A stretch of 64,000 bases of DNA from Bdellovibrionales bacterium (GCA_039808765.1 JBDHTQ010000004.1:4642-68641); one strand, 5' to 3'; positions 1 through 13,269 are shown, counted from the stretch's first letter. The notes: generated by a model from the letters alone, not told the origin. A program made the numbers and translations.

Positions 1-413
1 GCCACAGGCGAGCGGGAAAGGTTCAGCAGTTCAGGTACATTCAAGATAACCAAAAGCTGTTCTTTTAAACGATAAATACCGCGTGATACTTCGCGCCAAC
101 GCGGATCAAGCGTTGGTGGGTTTTCCTCGTATTCTTCCTCAGAGAGATTGAGAACATCACCCACTTGGTCGATTTGCAAGCTATAAAGTTCACCATGCAA
201 GTCAACGACCACGCTCATGCCGCGCATTTCTTCGGGGCGTCTCGGTAATCCCAGGCGGGTGCGTATATCAACGGCTGTTACAATGCGTCCGCGCAAGTTC
301 AGTGAACCAGCCACTTCAGGTGGTGCGAGCGGAATACGGGTGAGGCGTTGAGGTCCCAAAACATCCTGTACATACAAAGCGGGAATGCCAAACAACTGAC
401 CAGCGATGGTCAT
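1..413 (-). CDS. cheW: CheW-like chemotaxis coupling protein; C-terminus runs off the window start
   Basis: Manual translation of the minus strand from the ATG at 413 gives MTIAGQLFGIPALYVQDVLGPQRLTRIPLAPPEVAGSLNLRGRIVTAVDIRTRLGL...VILNVPELL. This is CheW-domain-like and sits directly downstream of the CheA-like kinase. It is absent from the ORF track because it is open at the window edge. Confidence 0.7.
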   Translation of the reverse strand, partial: MTIAGQLFGIPALYVQDVLGPQRLTRIPLAPPEVAGSLNLRGRIVTAVDIRTRLGLPRRPEEMRGMSVVVDLHGELYSLQIDQVGDVLNLSEEEYEENPPTLDPRWREVSRGIYRLKEQLLVILNVPELLNLSRSPV

Positions 414-481
414 CGTGATATAACTGTGTGCTGCGGGATGGTTCGGGTCAAAACCGTCAGCGGTTAAAGATAAGTCTGCGC

Positions 482-3208
482 TCATGCGGCCCCCTTCATG
501 TGAAGTGTTTTGGAAAGTGTAGCGATCAACCCTTCACGATCGAATTTTGCGACGTGATCAGAGAACCCGGCCTTGCGTCCGCGATCCATATCCAGCGGGG
601 TGGCGTGGGAAGACAAAGCAACAACAGGGGTCTGTGCCCATTTGCTGTTGGTGCGAAGTTTTTCGACGAACTCAAAGCCGCTCATTCCGGGCATTTCAAT
701 GTCGCTGACGATGATGTCAAACGACTCACCCTCTTCACAGAGTTTGAGTGCTTCAAGCGCACTGTCTGCAGTGGTGACTTTAAAGCCTGATACAGTTAAA
801 AGTGGCGTTAGCATGTTGCGGAAGAAAGAGCTGTCATCCACGAGCAGAACACGTTCGCAGTCCTTCTTTGCATTTTGGAAAGTATCGGTGCTGCCAAACC
901 AGTCTTTAAATGCGCGTGCCAGATAGTAGCCCGCATCAATCACATCAGTGCTCCGTCCTGCAATGATGGCTGATCCCATCAATCCGAGATTATCTGTGCC
1001 AATTTGCACATCAAGACGTTCTTCCACGATGTCGAGAATTTCATCGACGATTAAGCCCATTGAGCGTTCGCGATCAGCAAAGACAAGGACCGGTTGCATT
1101 CCTTCTGTTCGAATTGTAACGTCATTTGAGGGCGCAAACAAAGGCATCAGGCGGCCGCGGTATTGCACCATGGGTTGTCCGGCTGAATACTCGATGGTGG
1201 CAACATCCACTTCTTCCAGGCGCGCAACCAGCGACAGTGGTACTGCTTTGGGAGCGTGCCCGCCTGCGCGGAACAGAAGCAATGCCAGTTTTTCTGCATC
1301 GTGTTTTTGTTGCTGTTGTGTTTCACGGTCCATTTGCTCTTGTGCACGCAGATTTTGTTCGCCTGTTGCCGAGGCAATACCGTTAGGATCTAAAATCATG
1401 ATCACACTGCCGTCCCCAAGGATGGTGTTTCCTGAGAACATATGAATGTGACGCAAGATCGGGGCGACGGGTTTTACAACAATTTCTTCTGTGTCAAAAA
1501 CCTTGTCTACAATTATGCCGAATGTGCGGTTGCCAACTTGGGTAACCACAATCGTGCTGTCGCTAATTTTTTCACTGGATTTCGGTGTTGTATTGAGTTT
1601 AAGCAGATCTTCAAGCGTTACCAATGGCAACAGGCGGTTGCGCAAGCGCATCACGCGTGCTCCGTTGATGCGCTCAATTGTGTTTTCGCTGCTCTTGCCG
1701 CCTGCACGCACCAGCTCAAGTACGCTGATTTGTGGAATGGCAAAGCGTTCGCTTGCCGCTTCAACAATCAAGGCAGACACAATTGCCAGCGTCAACGGAA
1801 TTTTGATCATAAAGGTCATGCCTTTACCATCTGTCGAGCGCATTTCGATAGTGCCACCGATTTTTTCGATATTGGTCCGTACCACATCCATTCCAACACC
1901 ACGCCCTGAAACGGACGTCACTTGCGTTGCTGTTGAGAATCCGGCGCGGAAAATAAACTGGTGAATTTGCTGATCGCTCATGCTCTTGAGTTCAGCTTCG
2001 GTCGCCAGCCCGTTTTTAAGCACTTTTTCCTTGATTTTTGCGGTGTTTAAGCCCCGACCATCATCGGATACCTCGATGATAATATGTCCGCCTTCATGGT
2101 AGGCATTAAGTGTGATGTGACCCACTTCTTTTTTGCCGCGTGCTACCCGTTCAGCTGGTTGCTCCAAACCGTGATCGGCCGAATTTCGCACCATATGGGT
2201 GAGAGGGTCCTTGATCATCTCTAGCACTTGGCGATCAAGCTCAGTATCGGCACCAAGCATTTGCAGATCAATTTTCTTATCGAGTTCGTGCGCCAAATCG
2301 CGAATGATACGCGGAAGCTTCGACCATGCATTGCCGATCGGCTGCATGCGCGTTTTCATGACCTGTTCTTGCAGATCTGACGTTACATGATTAAGCCGCT
2401 GCAGCGGTCCGGTAAATTCGGTATCTTTCTGGGTGCGCAAAATCTGCAACATTTGGTTGCGAATTAAAACCAGTTCACTCACCATTGTCATTAAACCTTC
2501 AAGCACATCCACATTAACGCGCAAGGTTTGTGCTGCGAGCGCAGACTCGGTGGTTGCCGGGGCCGCTCCTGCTTTATCGGTCGTTGCGCTTTTTTCTGCT
2601 GGAGTTGCCATGTGAGCTGTTGGTGCAGCCGTGACAGGTGGGTGATTCTCCGTAATGGAGGGGCTGCTTTGTTCGGTTTTAACGTTGCTCGCCAGTTGGG
2701 CGGCGGTCATGGGGACAAACCCGAACTCATCGGCTTCAGACTCGGCCGCATGGGCTGTGTTTTTTTCTGCGGGTTGGGGGGCAACTTCTGCACTGCTTGC
2801 TGGTGCGGGCTGCAGCACATCTTCATCGTCTTTGCCATCGGCATGCGCATTGAGCTGATCAATCAGTTCAATATCCGATCCTTCCGGCTCTTTTGCTGTT
2901 TGCTCAAGCGTTGACAACAGCATTTTGATGCGATCAAGCGAAGCTAGAATGAGGGTAACAGAGTACGGGGTAACAGGCAGAACACCATCCCGAAATTTAC
3001 CGAGAACGTTTTCTGACGCATGAGCGACTTTTTCCAGCCGTGGGAGACCTAAGAAACCACACGTTCCTTTAATGGTGTGTACCGTTCTAAAGATATTACT
3101 CAGTAATGAGGGATCGTTGGGGTTTTGCTCCAACATGATTAGTTCATTGTCTAAAACCGCCAAACTCTCGTTTGTTTCCGTAAGAAATTCTCTTAAAAGA
3201 TCATCCAT
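482..3208 (-). CDS. cheA: CheA-type histidine kinase with C-terminal receiver domain (Hpt, long Ala/Pro/Thr linker, dimerisation/HATPase, CheW-like domain, REC)
   Basis: The N-terminal Hpt motif is HTIKGTCGFLGL. The HATPase_c region includes GRGVGMDVV. A CheW-like segment precedes a C-terminal canonical receiver (LLVDDSS...IIVSDIEMPGMSG...VAKF). Total length is 908 aa. Confidence 0.85.
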   Translation of the reverse strand: MDDLLREFLTETNESLAVLDNELIMLEQNPNDPSLLSNIFRTVHTIKGTCGFLGLPRLEKVAHASENVLGKFRDGVLPVTPYSVTLILASLDRIKMLLSTLEQTAKEPEGSDIELIDQLNAHADGKDDEDVLQPAPASSAEVAPQPAEKNTAHAAESEADEFGFVPMTAAQLASNVKTEQSSPSITENHPPVTAAPTAHMATPAEKSATTDKAGAAPATTESALAAQTLRVNVDVLEGLMTMVSELVLIRNQMLQILRTQKDTEFTGPLQRLNHVTSDLQEQVMKTRMQPIGNAWSKLPRIIRDLAHELDKKIDLQMLGADTELDRQVLEMIKDPLTHMVRNSADHGLEQPAERVARGKKEVGHITLNAYHEGGHIIIEVSDDGRGLNTAKIKEKVLKNGLATEAELKSMSDQQIHQFIFRAGFSTATQVTSVSGRGVGMDVVRTNIEKIGGTIEMRSTDGKGMTFMIKIPLTLAIVSALIVEAASERFAIPQISVLELVRAGGKSSENTIERINGARVMRLRNRLLPLVTLEDLLKLNTTPKSSEKISDSTIVVTQVGNRTFGIIVDKVFDTEEIVVKPVAPILRHIHMFSGNTILGDGSVIMILDPNGIASATGEQNLRAQEQMDRETQQQQKHDAEKLALLLFRAGGHAPKAVPLSLVARLEEVDVATIEYSAGQPMVQYRGRLMPLFAPSNDVTIRTEGMQPVLVFADRERSMGLIVDEILDIVEERLDVQIGTDNLGLMGSAIIAGRSTDVIDAGYYLARAFKDWFGSTDTFQNAKKDCERVLLVDDSSFFRNMLTPLLTVSGFKVTTADSALEALKLCEEGESFDIIVSDIEMPGMSGFEFVEKLRTNSKWAQTPVVALSSHATPLDMDRGRKAGFSDHVAKFDREGLIATLSKTLHMKGAA

Positions 3209-3402
3209 AGCCCAAGCTCCCGAGACGGTGGGGTTTTCCCCCTTATGCTCGTTTATAAGGCACAGAAACTTCTTAACAATCCCTTACTGATCATCAACAT
3301 TCAAAACGATCAAGAAAGTGACATTCCTGTCCAAAACGCCACTAATGCGATCTCTCTTCCCGATTTCACAGCGTACAAAAAATTGATTTGAGGGCCCAAT
3401 GA

Positions 3403-4035
3403 TTAAGGACGCGTGTACTTAAGCGCCATCACCAGAAGGTCTTCTTGGGGCTGCTGCCACGTGATATCCACCCCATACTCTTTGGCAAAACAAGCCGTTA
3501 GATACGGATGGATGCTTTTTGCTGTGAGATCGGGGACATCAACTTCTTGGCGCAAGGGGGCCCACGCCTCATCGCGCTGACCGGCGGCGCGTCCTTCGGC
3601 CTGAATCTCAAAGCGGGCGGCATCATCAAAGCCAGTTAACGTAATTGTTCCGCCATGAACAAGTGCCTCCACAGCAATAATTGCACAGTTTAGCAATACT
3701 TTGGGGATACCGCGGACGACAGTTTGCGCGCGAAAGGCAGCGTTATCCCATTGTAAATTCACGCGACTGCCTTGCAAGTAGTCGCGTAGGGTAAGCAAAA
3801 CATCATCTGCCGTTAGGTTGGAATCCGCTCCAGCGGCGCCGTAGGATAAGCGAAAAAGACGCAAGCGGCGGGAAGCTTGTTCAGCAGAATGGCCAATTAA
3901 TTTTACGGCTTCTTCGCCGACCTGATTTCCCATTTCCTCAAGTAATTCAAGGCCATTGTTAATTGCTCCCACGGGGCTGATCAGATCATGACAGATCCGT
4001 GATGCCAAAAGCTCCATTATCCGCACATCGTGCAT
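3403..4035 (-). CDS. chpT: ChpT-family histidine phosphotransferase (cell-cycle CckA-ChpT-CtrA relay type)
   Basis: The motif LASRICHDLISPVGAINNGLELLEE matches the ChpT signature (Caulobacter ChpT has LAARLCHDFISPASAI). The likely start is MHDVRIMELL at 4035 (about 211 aa); the 270 aa ORF in the track carries an N-terminal extension. Confidence 0.7.
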   Translation of the reverse strand: MHDVRIMELLASRICHDLISPVGAINNGLELLEEMGNQVGEEAVKLIGHSAEQASRRLRLFRLSYGAAGADSNLTADDVLLTLRDYLQGSRVNLQWDNAAFRAQTVVRGIPKVLLNCAIIAVEALVHGGTITLTGFDDAARFEIQAEGRAAGQRDEAWAPLRQEVDVPDLTAKSIHPYLTACFAKEYGVDITWQQPQEDLLVMALKYTRP

Positions 4036-4198
4036 AGTTTGTATACCCTTCTTATTGTTTACAGCCTGAGCGAGGTTATGTGGGTCACAAGATTGCCGTT
4101 TTATGTGTTTCTGGCAACCCCTCACGTGAAGCGGAAGGAAATATTTACGAAATTTTGCCAGAATGTCGCATATCCTCTGATTTTGGACGGAGAAGCGG

Positions 4199-6181
4199 AT
4201 GGCCACCCCCCTCAATGATGATGAAGCAATCGACGCTGGGCGGGTTATGTTGTCTCAATTGTTTGGCCGCGACGGGCCGAGCGAGGGGGTGGTTGGACAA
4301 CTCCATGATATATTGCAGCATATGCTGGCCATATACAGCAGCGCATTTTTGCTTCTTGCGGGTTTTATCATTCTTTTTCATATTATTTTTGCTGTGGCTG
4401 AGACAGCGCAGACCGGTAAAATTATGGGTGGACGCATGGATCCAGTTTGGGGGCCGATGCGGATGGTATTGGTGATTGGGTTGCTGGTGCCTTTGGGGGG
4501 GATGAACAGCGGTCAGTATGGTATAATGTATCTTGCCGAATGGGGATCTGGAATCGCAGCTAAGCTTTGGCAGGAAACTAGAGATCAGGCGGATTTTTTA
4601 AAACCTGTCCTGAGTTTGCCCAAGCCGCCGTCAGCTTTGCCTTTGGTTCAGGCGTTGGTGATTCGCGATATTTGTGAAATTTATACCACGCGGTTGGCTC
4701 AACAAATTGAAGAGCAAAAAGCCAAGCAAGCCAAAGAGGGCCAAGCTCAACCCAATGTGCCCGTACAAAAAAACCTTATTCAAGCCGTAAAGGCGCAACC
4801 GCTTAAAAAAAATGCGGATGGTTCTGCAACGCAGTCATATGGCTGGAGTGAACGTCCGTATTTTTGCGGAGCAGTGACTTATTTTGAAAGTGATGAAGAT
4901 AAAAATCTCAATCCATATTTCTTTATCGAAAAAGCGCACTTCGACGCGTACATGTATCTGGACAGAACATTAGAGACGACGGCTGTTGACTATGTCGCCC
5001 AAATAGCCGGTCAAGCCAATCCATCGATCGGGTCATTGCAACGGGTTGCTGATCGTTATGAAGAAATTGTTCAAGAGGCTTTGAGTGAAGAGTATCAACA
5101 AATCCTCCTTTCAAAAGTGGCCACCATGCGTACGCAAGCAGCACCCGCTGGCTGGATGGCTGCGCCAAGGGTTTTGAGTGATTTAATGCAGCTTAATACG
5201 GGTGTTTTGACGGCTATTTCATCACTTCCGCTTATTGACGCGCCTGAGGTTTTGCTTGATCCACCGTTGCCGCCGAATGGTAAAAAGTCAATAGAAGAAA
5301 CCGCTGAATATTACATCTATAGCGCACTTGATCATGTGCAATCATCGTGGAAGGAAAGCGCGCCTATTACGCTAAACGCCGGACATGGGTTGAGCGATTT
5401 TACTCATGCCTTAGAGTATACAATCTCTTATGCGCGCATGACAGGAGAAGAGGGCACCACAGCGCATAAAATTCGTGCGTTGCGGGAGATGATGCCCTAC
5501 GATTTTTTTGATATCACAGTATTGCAAAAAGATAGCCCGTTGGTGTCATTGCCAAAAATTGGACTCTATTTACAAAGCAAGGCTTTGCAGTTGTTGGCCA
5601 GTGCAGGTGTTATGCGTGATATTGGCGACATCGCATCACCTTTTGCGACGTTGTTGTGTGGCTTTGGGTGGATTGCGTATGGGGTTAGTTTTATCATTAT
5701 GCTTTTGTTGCCGCTCATCCCGTTGGTGCGATTCATGATTGGCGTACTGACATGGATGTTGCAAGTTTTGGAAGGGGTAATCTCGTTGCCTCTCATTGCA
5801 ATTGCGCACCTGCGCATGAGTGATCATGGATTGATCAACCAAAGCGCATTGTGGGGGTATGTTCTAATTCTTAAAATTGTTCTGCGTCCGCCATTGATGA
5901 TCATAGGTTTTGTTGGTGGATTGATCATTTTTTTAATCGCATTAGGTCTTATCAACCCGCTTTTTGCCTTTTTGCTTACCTTGACAACAAGTTCGGGACA
6001 ATTTGCTGCTTTATGGTCGCTTGCATTGTGGGTTCTCTATGGTTTAATGGCTTTAGCTGTGGCCAATGCCTGTTTTAAACTTATTGATGTCTTGCCGGAA
6101 AAAGTTTTGATTTGGGCAGCATTTATTCCTTCGGCATTTAACAAGCCCACATCAAGCGCATCGCTTCCCGCCAATAATTGA
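4199..6181 (+). CDS. Large polytopic membrane protein, paralogue of 23568-26399; putative DotA/TraY-like (alternatively extended VirB6/TrbL-like) type IV secretion inner-membrane component
   Basis: 660 aa, with two N-terminal transmembrane segments, a hydrophilic domain of about 350 aa and a C-terminal cluster of 4-5 transmembrane segments. Motif blocks are shared with the second copy: TGKIMGGRMDPVWGPMRMVLVIGLLVPLGG and LPLIPLVRFMIGVLTWMLQVLEGVISLPLIAIAHLR. Confidence 0.4.
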   Translation: MATPLNDDEAIDAGRVMLSQLFGRDGPSEGVVGQLHDILQHMLAIYSSAFLLLAGFIILFHIIFAVAETAQTGKIMGGRMDPVWGPMRMVLVIGLLVPLGGMNSGQYGIMYLAEWGSGIAAKLWQETRDQADFLKPVLSLPKPPSALPLVQALVIRDICEIYTTRLAQQIEEQKAKQAKEGQAQPNVPVQKNLIQAVKAQPLKKNADGSATQSYGWSERPYFCGAVTYFESDEDKNLNPYFFIEKAHFDAYMYLDRTLETTAVDYVAQIAGQANPSIGSLQRVADRYEEIVQEALSEEYQQILLSKVATMRTQAAPAGWMAAPRVLSDLMQLNTGVLTAISSLPLIDAPEVLLDPPLPPNGKKSIEETAEYYIYSALDHVQSSWKESAPITLNAGHGLSDFTHALEYTISYARMTGEEGTTAHKIRALREMMPYDFFDITVLQKDSPLVSLPKIGLYLQSKALQLLASAGVMRDIGDIASPFATLLCGFGWIAYGVSFIIMLLLPLIPLVRFMIGVLTWMLQVLEGVISLPLIAIAHLRMSDHGLINQSALWGYVLILKIVLRPPLMIIGFVGGLIIFLIALGLINPLFAFLLTLTTSSGQFAALWSLALWVLYGLMALAVANACFKLIDVLPEKVLIWAAFIPSAFNKPTSSASLPANN

Positions 6182-6253
6182 GCTAATCTATGATCAGCCA
6201 TTAATTATCGCATGACGCTTGCACCTTAAGACAAGTTTTGGCAGGGTGGGGTC

Positions 6254-7408
6254 ATGTTTGATCTTTTATCGCTTTTTGGAAACCGCAATGAGATGGGATG
6301 GAAAGAAAAACTTTCCCACCTCAATTGGGGGCTGGTGTTGCTCGTTTGGTCGATTGCTGCAATTGGTATTCTTTTGCTTTTTTCGGCAGGTGGTGGGAGC
6401 TGGGACCCGTGGGCGAAAAAGCATGCTCTGCGCTTTTTTTTCGGATTAGGGGTAATGTTGGTGGTGGCGCTGATTGATCTTCGCTTCTGGTTGCGCATTG
6501 CTTACCCGCTTTATATTGCGACGATGGTCTTGCTGGTCATTGTTGAGATTATGGGCCACATTGGCATGGGGGCGCAACGCTGGATTGCGATTGGCGGTTT
6601 TGTTGTTCAGCCCTCTGAATTAATGAAAATTGCGCTCACCCTGGCTTTGGCCCGTTATTTTCACGCTGTGCCGGTTGAGCATTTACGGCGTCCACTCTAT
6701 TTAATTCCGCCGCTTGTGTTGATCCTGATGCCGGTGGGCATGGTGCTTTTGCAGCCGAACTTGGGAACGGCAATGTTGCTGATTTTGGGAGGGGCAATGT
6801 TGTTTTTTAGTGCAGGCGTACCATGGTGGTTTTTTATAGGCGGGGCCTCGCTGGCTGTAGCGGCTATTCCAGTAGTATGGAGTTTTATGCATGGTTATCA
6901 AAAAGAGCGGGTTATGACATTTCTTAATCCTGAGGCCGACCCGTTGGATGCGGGTTATAATATCATTCAATCCAAAATCGCGTTTGGATCGGGTGGGGTG
7001 TTTGGTAAGGGATTTCTGCATGGGTCGCAAAGCCAGTTGGCGTTTTTGCCTGAAAAACATACTGATTTTATTTTTGTGGTACTGGCAGAGGAGTTTGGTT
7101 TGTTTGGCGGGTTGATTTTGCTGGCGCTTTACACAGGTGTGATCGCATATGGTTTTCACATTGCACTGACATCACGCAATCAGTTTGGGCGACTGGTTGC
7201 ATTAGGGGTTAGTTGTACGTTGTTTTTATATGTTCTCGTCAACATTTCGATGATAACAGGGCTTATTCCTGTGGTGGGGATACCGCTGCCGTTGGTCTCG
7301 TATGGGGGTACTGCAACGTTGACGATGTTGATTGGTGTGGGACTTTTGTTATGCGTGGCGGTTCATCGTGAGGTGAGATTATCAAAAAGCGGCCTTTCTG
7401 AATGGTAA
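6254..7408 (+). CDS. SEDS-family peptidoglycan glycosyltransferase (RodA/FtsW family)
   Basis: 384 aa polytopic protein carrying RodA/FtsW family motifs: IGGFVVQPSELMKIAL, FIFVVLAEEFGLFGG and PLPLVSYGGT. Confidence 0.85.
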   Translation: MFDLLSLFGNRNEMGWKEKLSHLNWGLVLLVWSIAAIGILLLFSAGGGSWDPWAKKHALRFFFGLGVMLVVALIDLRFWLRIAYPLYIATMVLLVIVEIMGHIGMGAQRWIAIGGFVVQPSELMKIALTLALARYFHAVPVEHLRRPLYLIPPLVLILMPVGMVLLQPNLGTAMLLILGGAMLFFSAGVPWWFFIGGASLAVAAIPVVWSFMHGYQKERVMTFLNPEADPLDAGYNIIQSKIAFGSGGVFGKGFLHGSQSQLAFLPEKHTDFIFVVLAEEFGLFGGLILLALYTGVIAYGFHIALTSRNQFGRLVALGVSCTLFLYVLVNISMITGLIPVVGIPLPLVSYGGTATLTMLIGVGLLLCVAVHREVRLSKSGLSEW

Positions 7409-7532
7409 GTGTCTGTGTGACATGTGAACAGGAGGCCATAACGTACAAATGAGTCTCCAAACATGGCAGAACGTTAGGCGCGACGGCTTGTCCGACTAGA
7501 CAGAACGGCTAAAAAGCGGCACACTGCCGCAA

Positions 7533-8357
7533 ATGATTGACCGGCGGCTTTTGATCAAAATTATGGGCTTGGGCGTGTTGGGAGCGATGCTTCCGACCGG
7601 CTCTGTGCTGGCGGGTGTGCCGATGCCAAAAGCCAAGCCGAATTTTTCTGCTGGGGTCGATGAAAAACCGCTGGAGAAACGCCACCCCATCCTCATGCTG
7701 GATGCGGGGCATGGCGGCAAAGACCCCGGCGCAATCGGGATAAGTGGGACACATGAAAAAAATGTGACACTTGATCTTGTGAACAAAATTGCCGCCCAAT
7801 TAAAAGATCGTGTCGATGTGCGCTTAACGCGATATGATGACCGTTTTCTTGCTTTACCGGAACGTGTGGCCTTGGCACGGAATGCACAGGCAGATTTGTT
7901 TATTTCCATCCATGCAGACAGTGCCCCTGATGGGGATGCGCGTGGCCTATCGGTGTACACGCTCTCGGATCAAGCGTCAGATGGTTTGGCGAGCCGTATT
8001 GCTGAAGGAGAAAATCTTGTTGATCAGCGATACGGTGCCAACATGCATGCCAATGCGGCCATTGCTGACATTCTTTATGATTTAGCCGCACGGCAAACAA
8101 TTACTGCTTCACGGTTTGCCAAAGAAGCTTTGGTGCAAGGGGTGCACCGTGACATTCGCTTGTTACCGCAGCCTGAACGATCGGCAAATTTTGCGGTTTT
8201 ACGCGCCCCGGATGTGCCATCGCTCTTGATTGAAACCGGTTTTTTATCTAACCATGAAGATGAAAAAATCTTGGCCGATGCGGCGGCCCGGCAAAACATC
8301 GCGGCAAGTCTCGCGCGGGAAATTGACCAGATTCTGCATAGTTCTCATTTTGTGTAA
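7533..8357 (+). CDS. N-acetylmuramoyl-L-alanine amidase (Amidase_3) with twin-arginine signal peptide
   Basis: The N-terminal RRLLIK resembles a Tat motif. The catalytic region contains MLDAGHGGKDPGA and ISIHADSAPD. Length is 274 aa. Confidence 0.85.
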   Translation: MIDRRLLIKIMGLGVLGAMLPTGSVLAGVPMPKAKPNFSAGVDEKPLEKRHPILMLDAGHGGKDPGAIGISGTHEKNVTLDLVNKIAAQLKDRVDVRLTRYDDRFLALPERVALARNAQADLFISIHADSAPDGDARGLSVYTLSDQASDGLASRIAEGENLVDQRYGANMHANAAIADILYDLAARQTITASRFAKEALVQGVHRDIRLLPQPERSANFAVLRAPDVPSLLIETGFLSNHEDEKILADAAARQNIAASLAREIDQILHSSHFV

Positions 8358-8369
8358 GGAGTATCGACG

Positions 8370-8972
8370 ATGAAAAAGTACTTTGGGTTAACCCTCGTTT
8401 TATCTTCCCTGTTGGTGACGGGTTGCGTACCCGCTGCGATCGTGGGGGGCGGTGCGTATGCCGTTAGCGAGGGCACCTCTGAGCGCGGTCTTGGGGGGGC
8501 ATTTACCGATACCGAGATTCGTCTCGACATCAATAAAAAGTGGTGGAATTCAGATGCTGATATCAGCAAACGTCTTTCTTTAACTGTAACAGAAGGCCGT
8601 GTACTGATTACCGGTGTAGCGCGCAACCTTGAGCAGAAAATGATGGCCTCGAAATTAGCGTGGGAAGTAAAAGGCGTGAAGGAAGTGATCAACGAAGCGA
8701 CCGCCGATTCAACCACCATGACGACCGGCAGCTATGCCAAAGATACATGGATTACAACAAAATTACGCTCGATCATGCTATTTGATGGTGATGTGGCTGG
8801 CCGCAATTATACCATCGAAACTGTGAATGGTGTTGTTTATCTGATGGGGTATGCGCGCAATCAAACCGAGCTGGATCGCGTTACCAATCATGCTAGCACA
8901 TTGAGTGGTGTGCAGCGCGTGGTTTCATATGTGCGTGTTGGTAATGAACCGGTGGAACAAAAGAAATCGTAA
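8370..8972 (+). CDS. OsmY-like lipoprotein with two BON domains
   Basis: The lipobox LLVTGC is present and two BON-like repeats are recognisable (LTVTEGRVLITGVARN and VNGVVYLMGYARN). Confidence 0.7.
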   Translation: MKKYFGLTLVLSSLLVTGCVPAAIVGGGAYAVSEGTSERGLGGAFTDTEIRLDINKKWWNSDADISKRLSLTVTEGRVLITGVARNLEQKMMASKLAWEVKGVKEVINEATADSTTMTTGSYAKDTWITTKLRSIMLFDGDVAGRNYTIETVNGVVYLMGYARNQTELDRVTNHASTLSGVQRVVSYVRVGNEPVEQKKS

Positions 8973-9027
8973 TCATTTGCCGACATGCTGTGCACGGCGT
9001 TAACCCATTCAATGAGGGGGCTGAAGA

Positions 9028-9450
9028 ATGGCAAAAATTTTAATCGTTGAAGGGGAGGACCTTGTTCGCGAAAAGCTTACGTTTGGGCTTGAAGAACGCG
9101 GACATGAAGTAACAGGCGCGCATGATGGTCAAGAAGCGATTGATATTTTGGGAAGTCATCAGTTTAATTTGGTGGTGACTGCTGTTTTAATGGAAAGAGT
9201 GGATGGGATTCAGCTCCTTTCGTGGCTTGAAACACGAACAGATCGACCGCCTGTGATCGCAATCTCGTCGGGACATCCCGATATTCCTGCTCATATGTCA
9301 CTCTTGCTTGCAAAAACCTATACGCCAGAAACGCTGGAAAAACCGATTAATGAAGAAGCCTTTTTCGCGCTTGTCGAAAAATTGATTAACGATGAAAAAG
9401 AGAAATTAGCACAATCTGAAGCGCCGCGATCGTCCGATCTTGCGCTTTAA
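9028..9450 (+). CDS. Stand-alone atypical (pseudo-)receiver domain protein lacking the phospho-acceptor Asp
   Basis: It has a CheY-like fold signature. The position of Asp57 is Ala (NLVVTAVLMERVDG aligns to FVISDWNMPNMDG). The acidic pair is replaced by E-G (IVEGED). The conserved Lys is retained (LAKTY). Confidence 0.65.
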   Translation: MAKILIVEGEDLVREKLTFGLEERGHEVTGAHDGQEAIDILGSHQFNLVVTAVLMERVDGIQLLSWLETRTDRPPVIAISSGHPDIPAHMSLLLAKTYTPETLEKPINEEAFFALVEKLINDEKEKLAQSEAPRSSDLAL

Positions 9451-9560
9451 TCCACACCAACCATTTTGAGTTTCTCAATCTCGAGGGGGTGCGTAGCGAG
9501 CGGTGGTATGCACTCATCTTCGCTTGTTCCGCTTGATGCACATTATGTTTTATACCCTTC

Positions 9561-9659
9561 GAGCGCAAATCCCGAAAAGATGGGATCAAAAGAGACCATC
9601 TTTGACGGCGTATTTGCGTTAAAGAATAAAACGAGCGCGTCTGCCTTAGGGGGCGCGCT

Positions 9660-9660
<1 letters not shown>
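9561..9660. repeat. Dispersed intergenic repeat copy A (about 100 bp) ending in a GC-rich hairpin (GAGCGCG...CGCGCTC); the hairpin abuts the gyrB stop and acts as a likely terminator on the minus strand
   Basis: About 80 percent identical to 16275-16375 over roughly 75 bp (gcaaatccc.aaagatgg.atc...gagacc.tctttgacg..gtatt.gcgttaaa...aacgagcgcgtct), followed by a stem-loop. A T-run follows on the minus strand. Confidence 0.6.

Positions 9661-13269
<3,609 letters not shown>

Noticed and set aside
428-3290. Multiple 60-165 aa ORFs on the plus strand overlapping the CheA-like gene (for example 948-1445, 1442-1909, 2528-2914)
   Set aside because: These are antisense or alternative-frame ORFs inside a long, domain-coherent CheA coding sequence. 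They show no independent coding signals.
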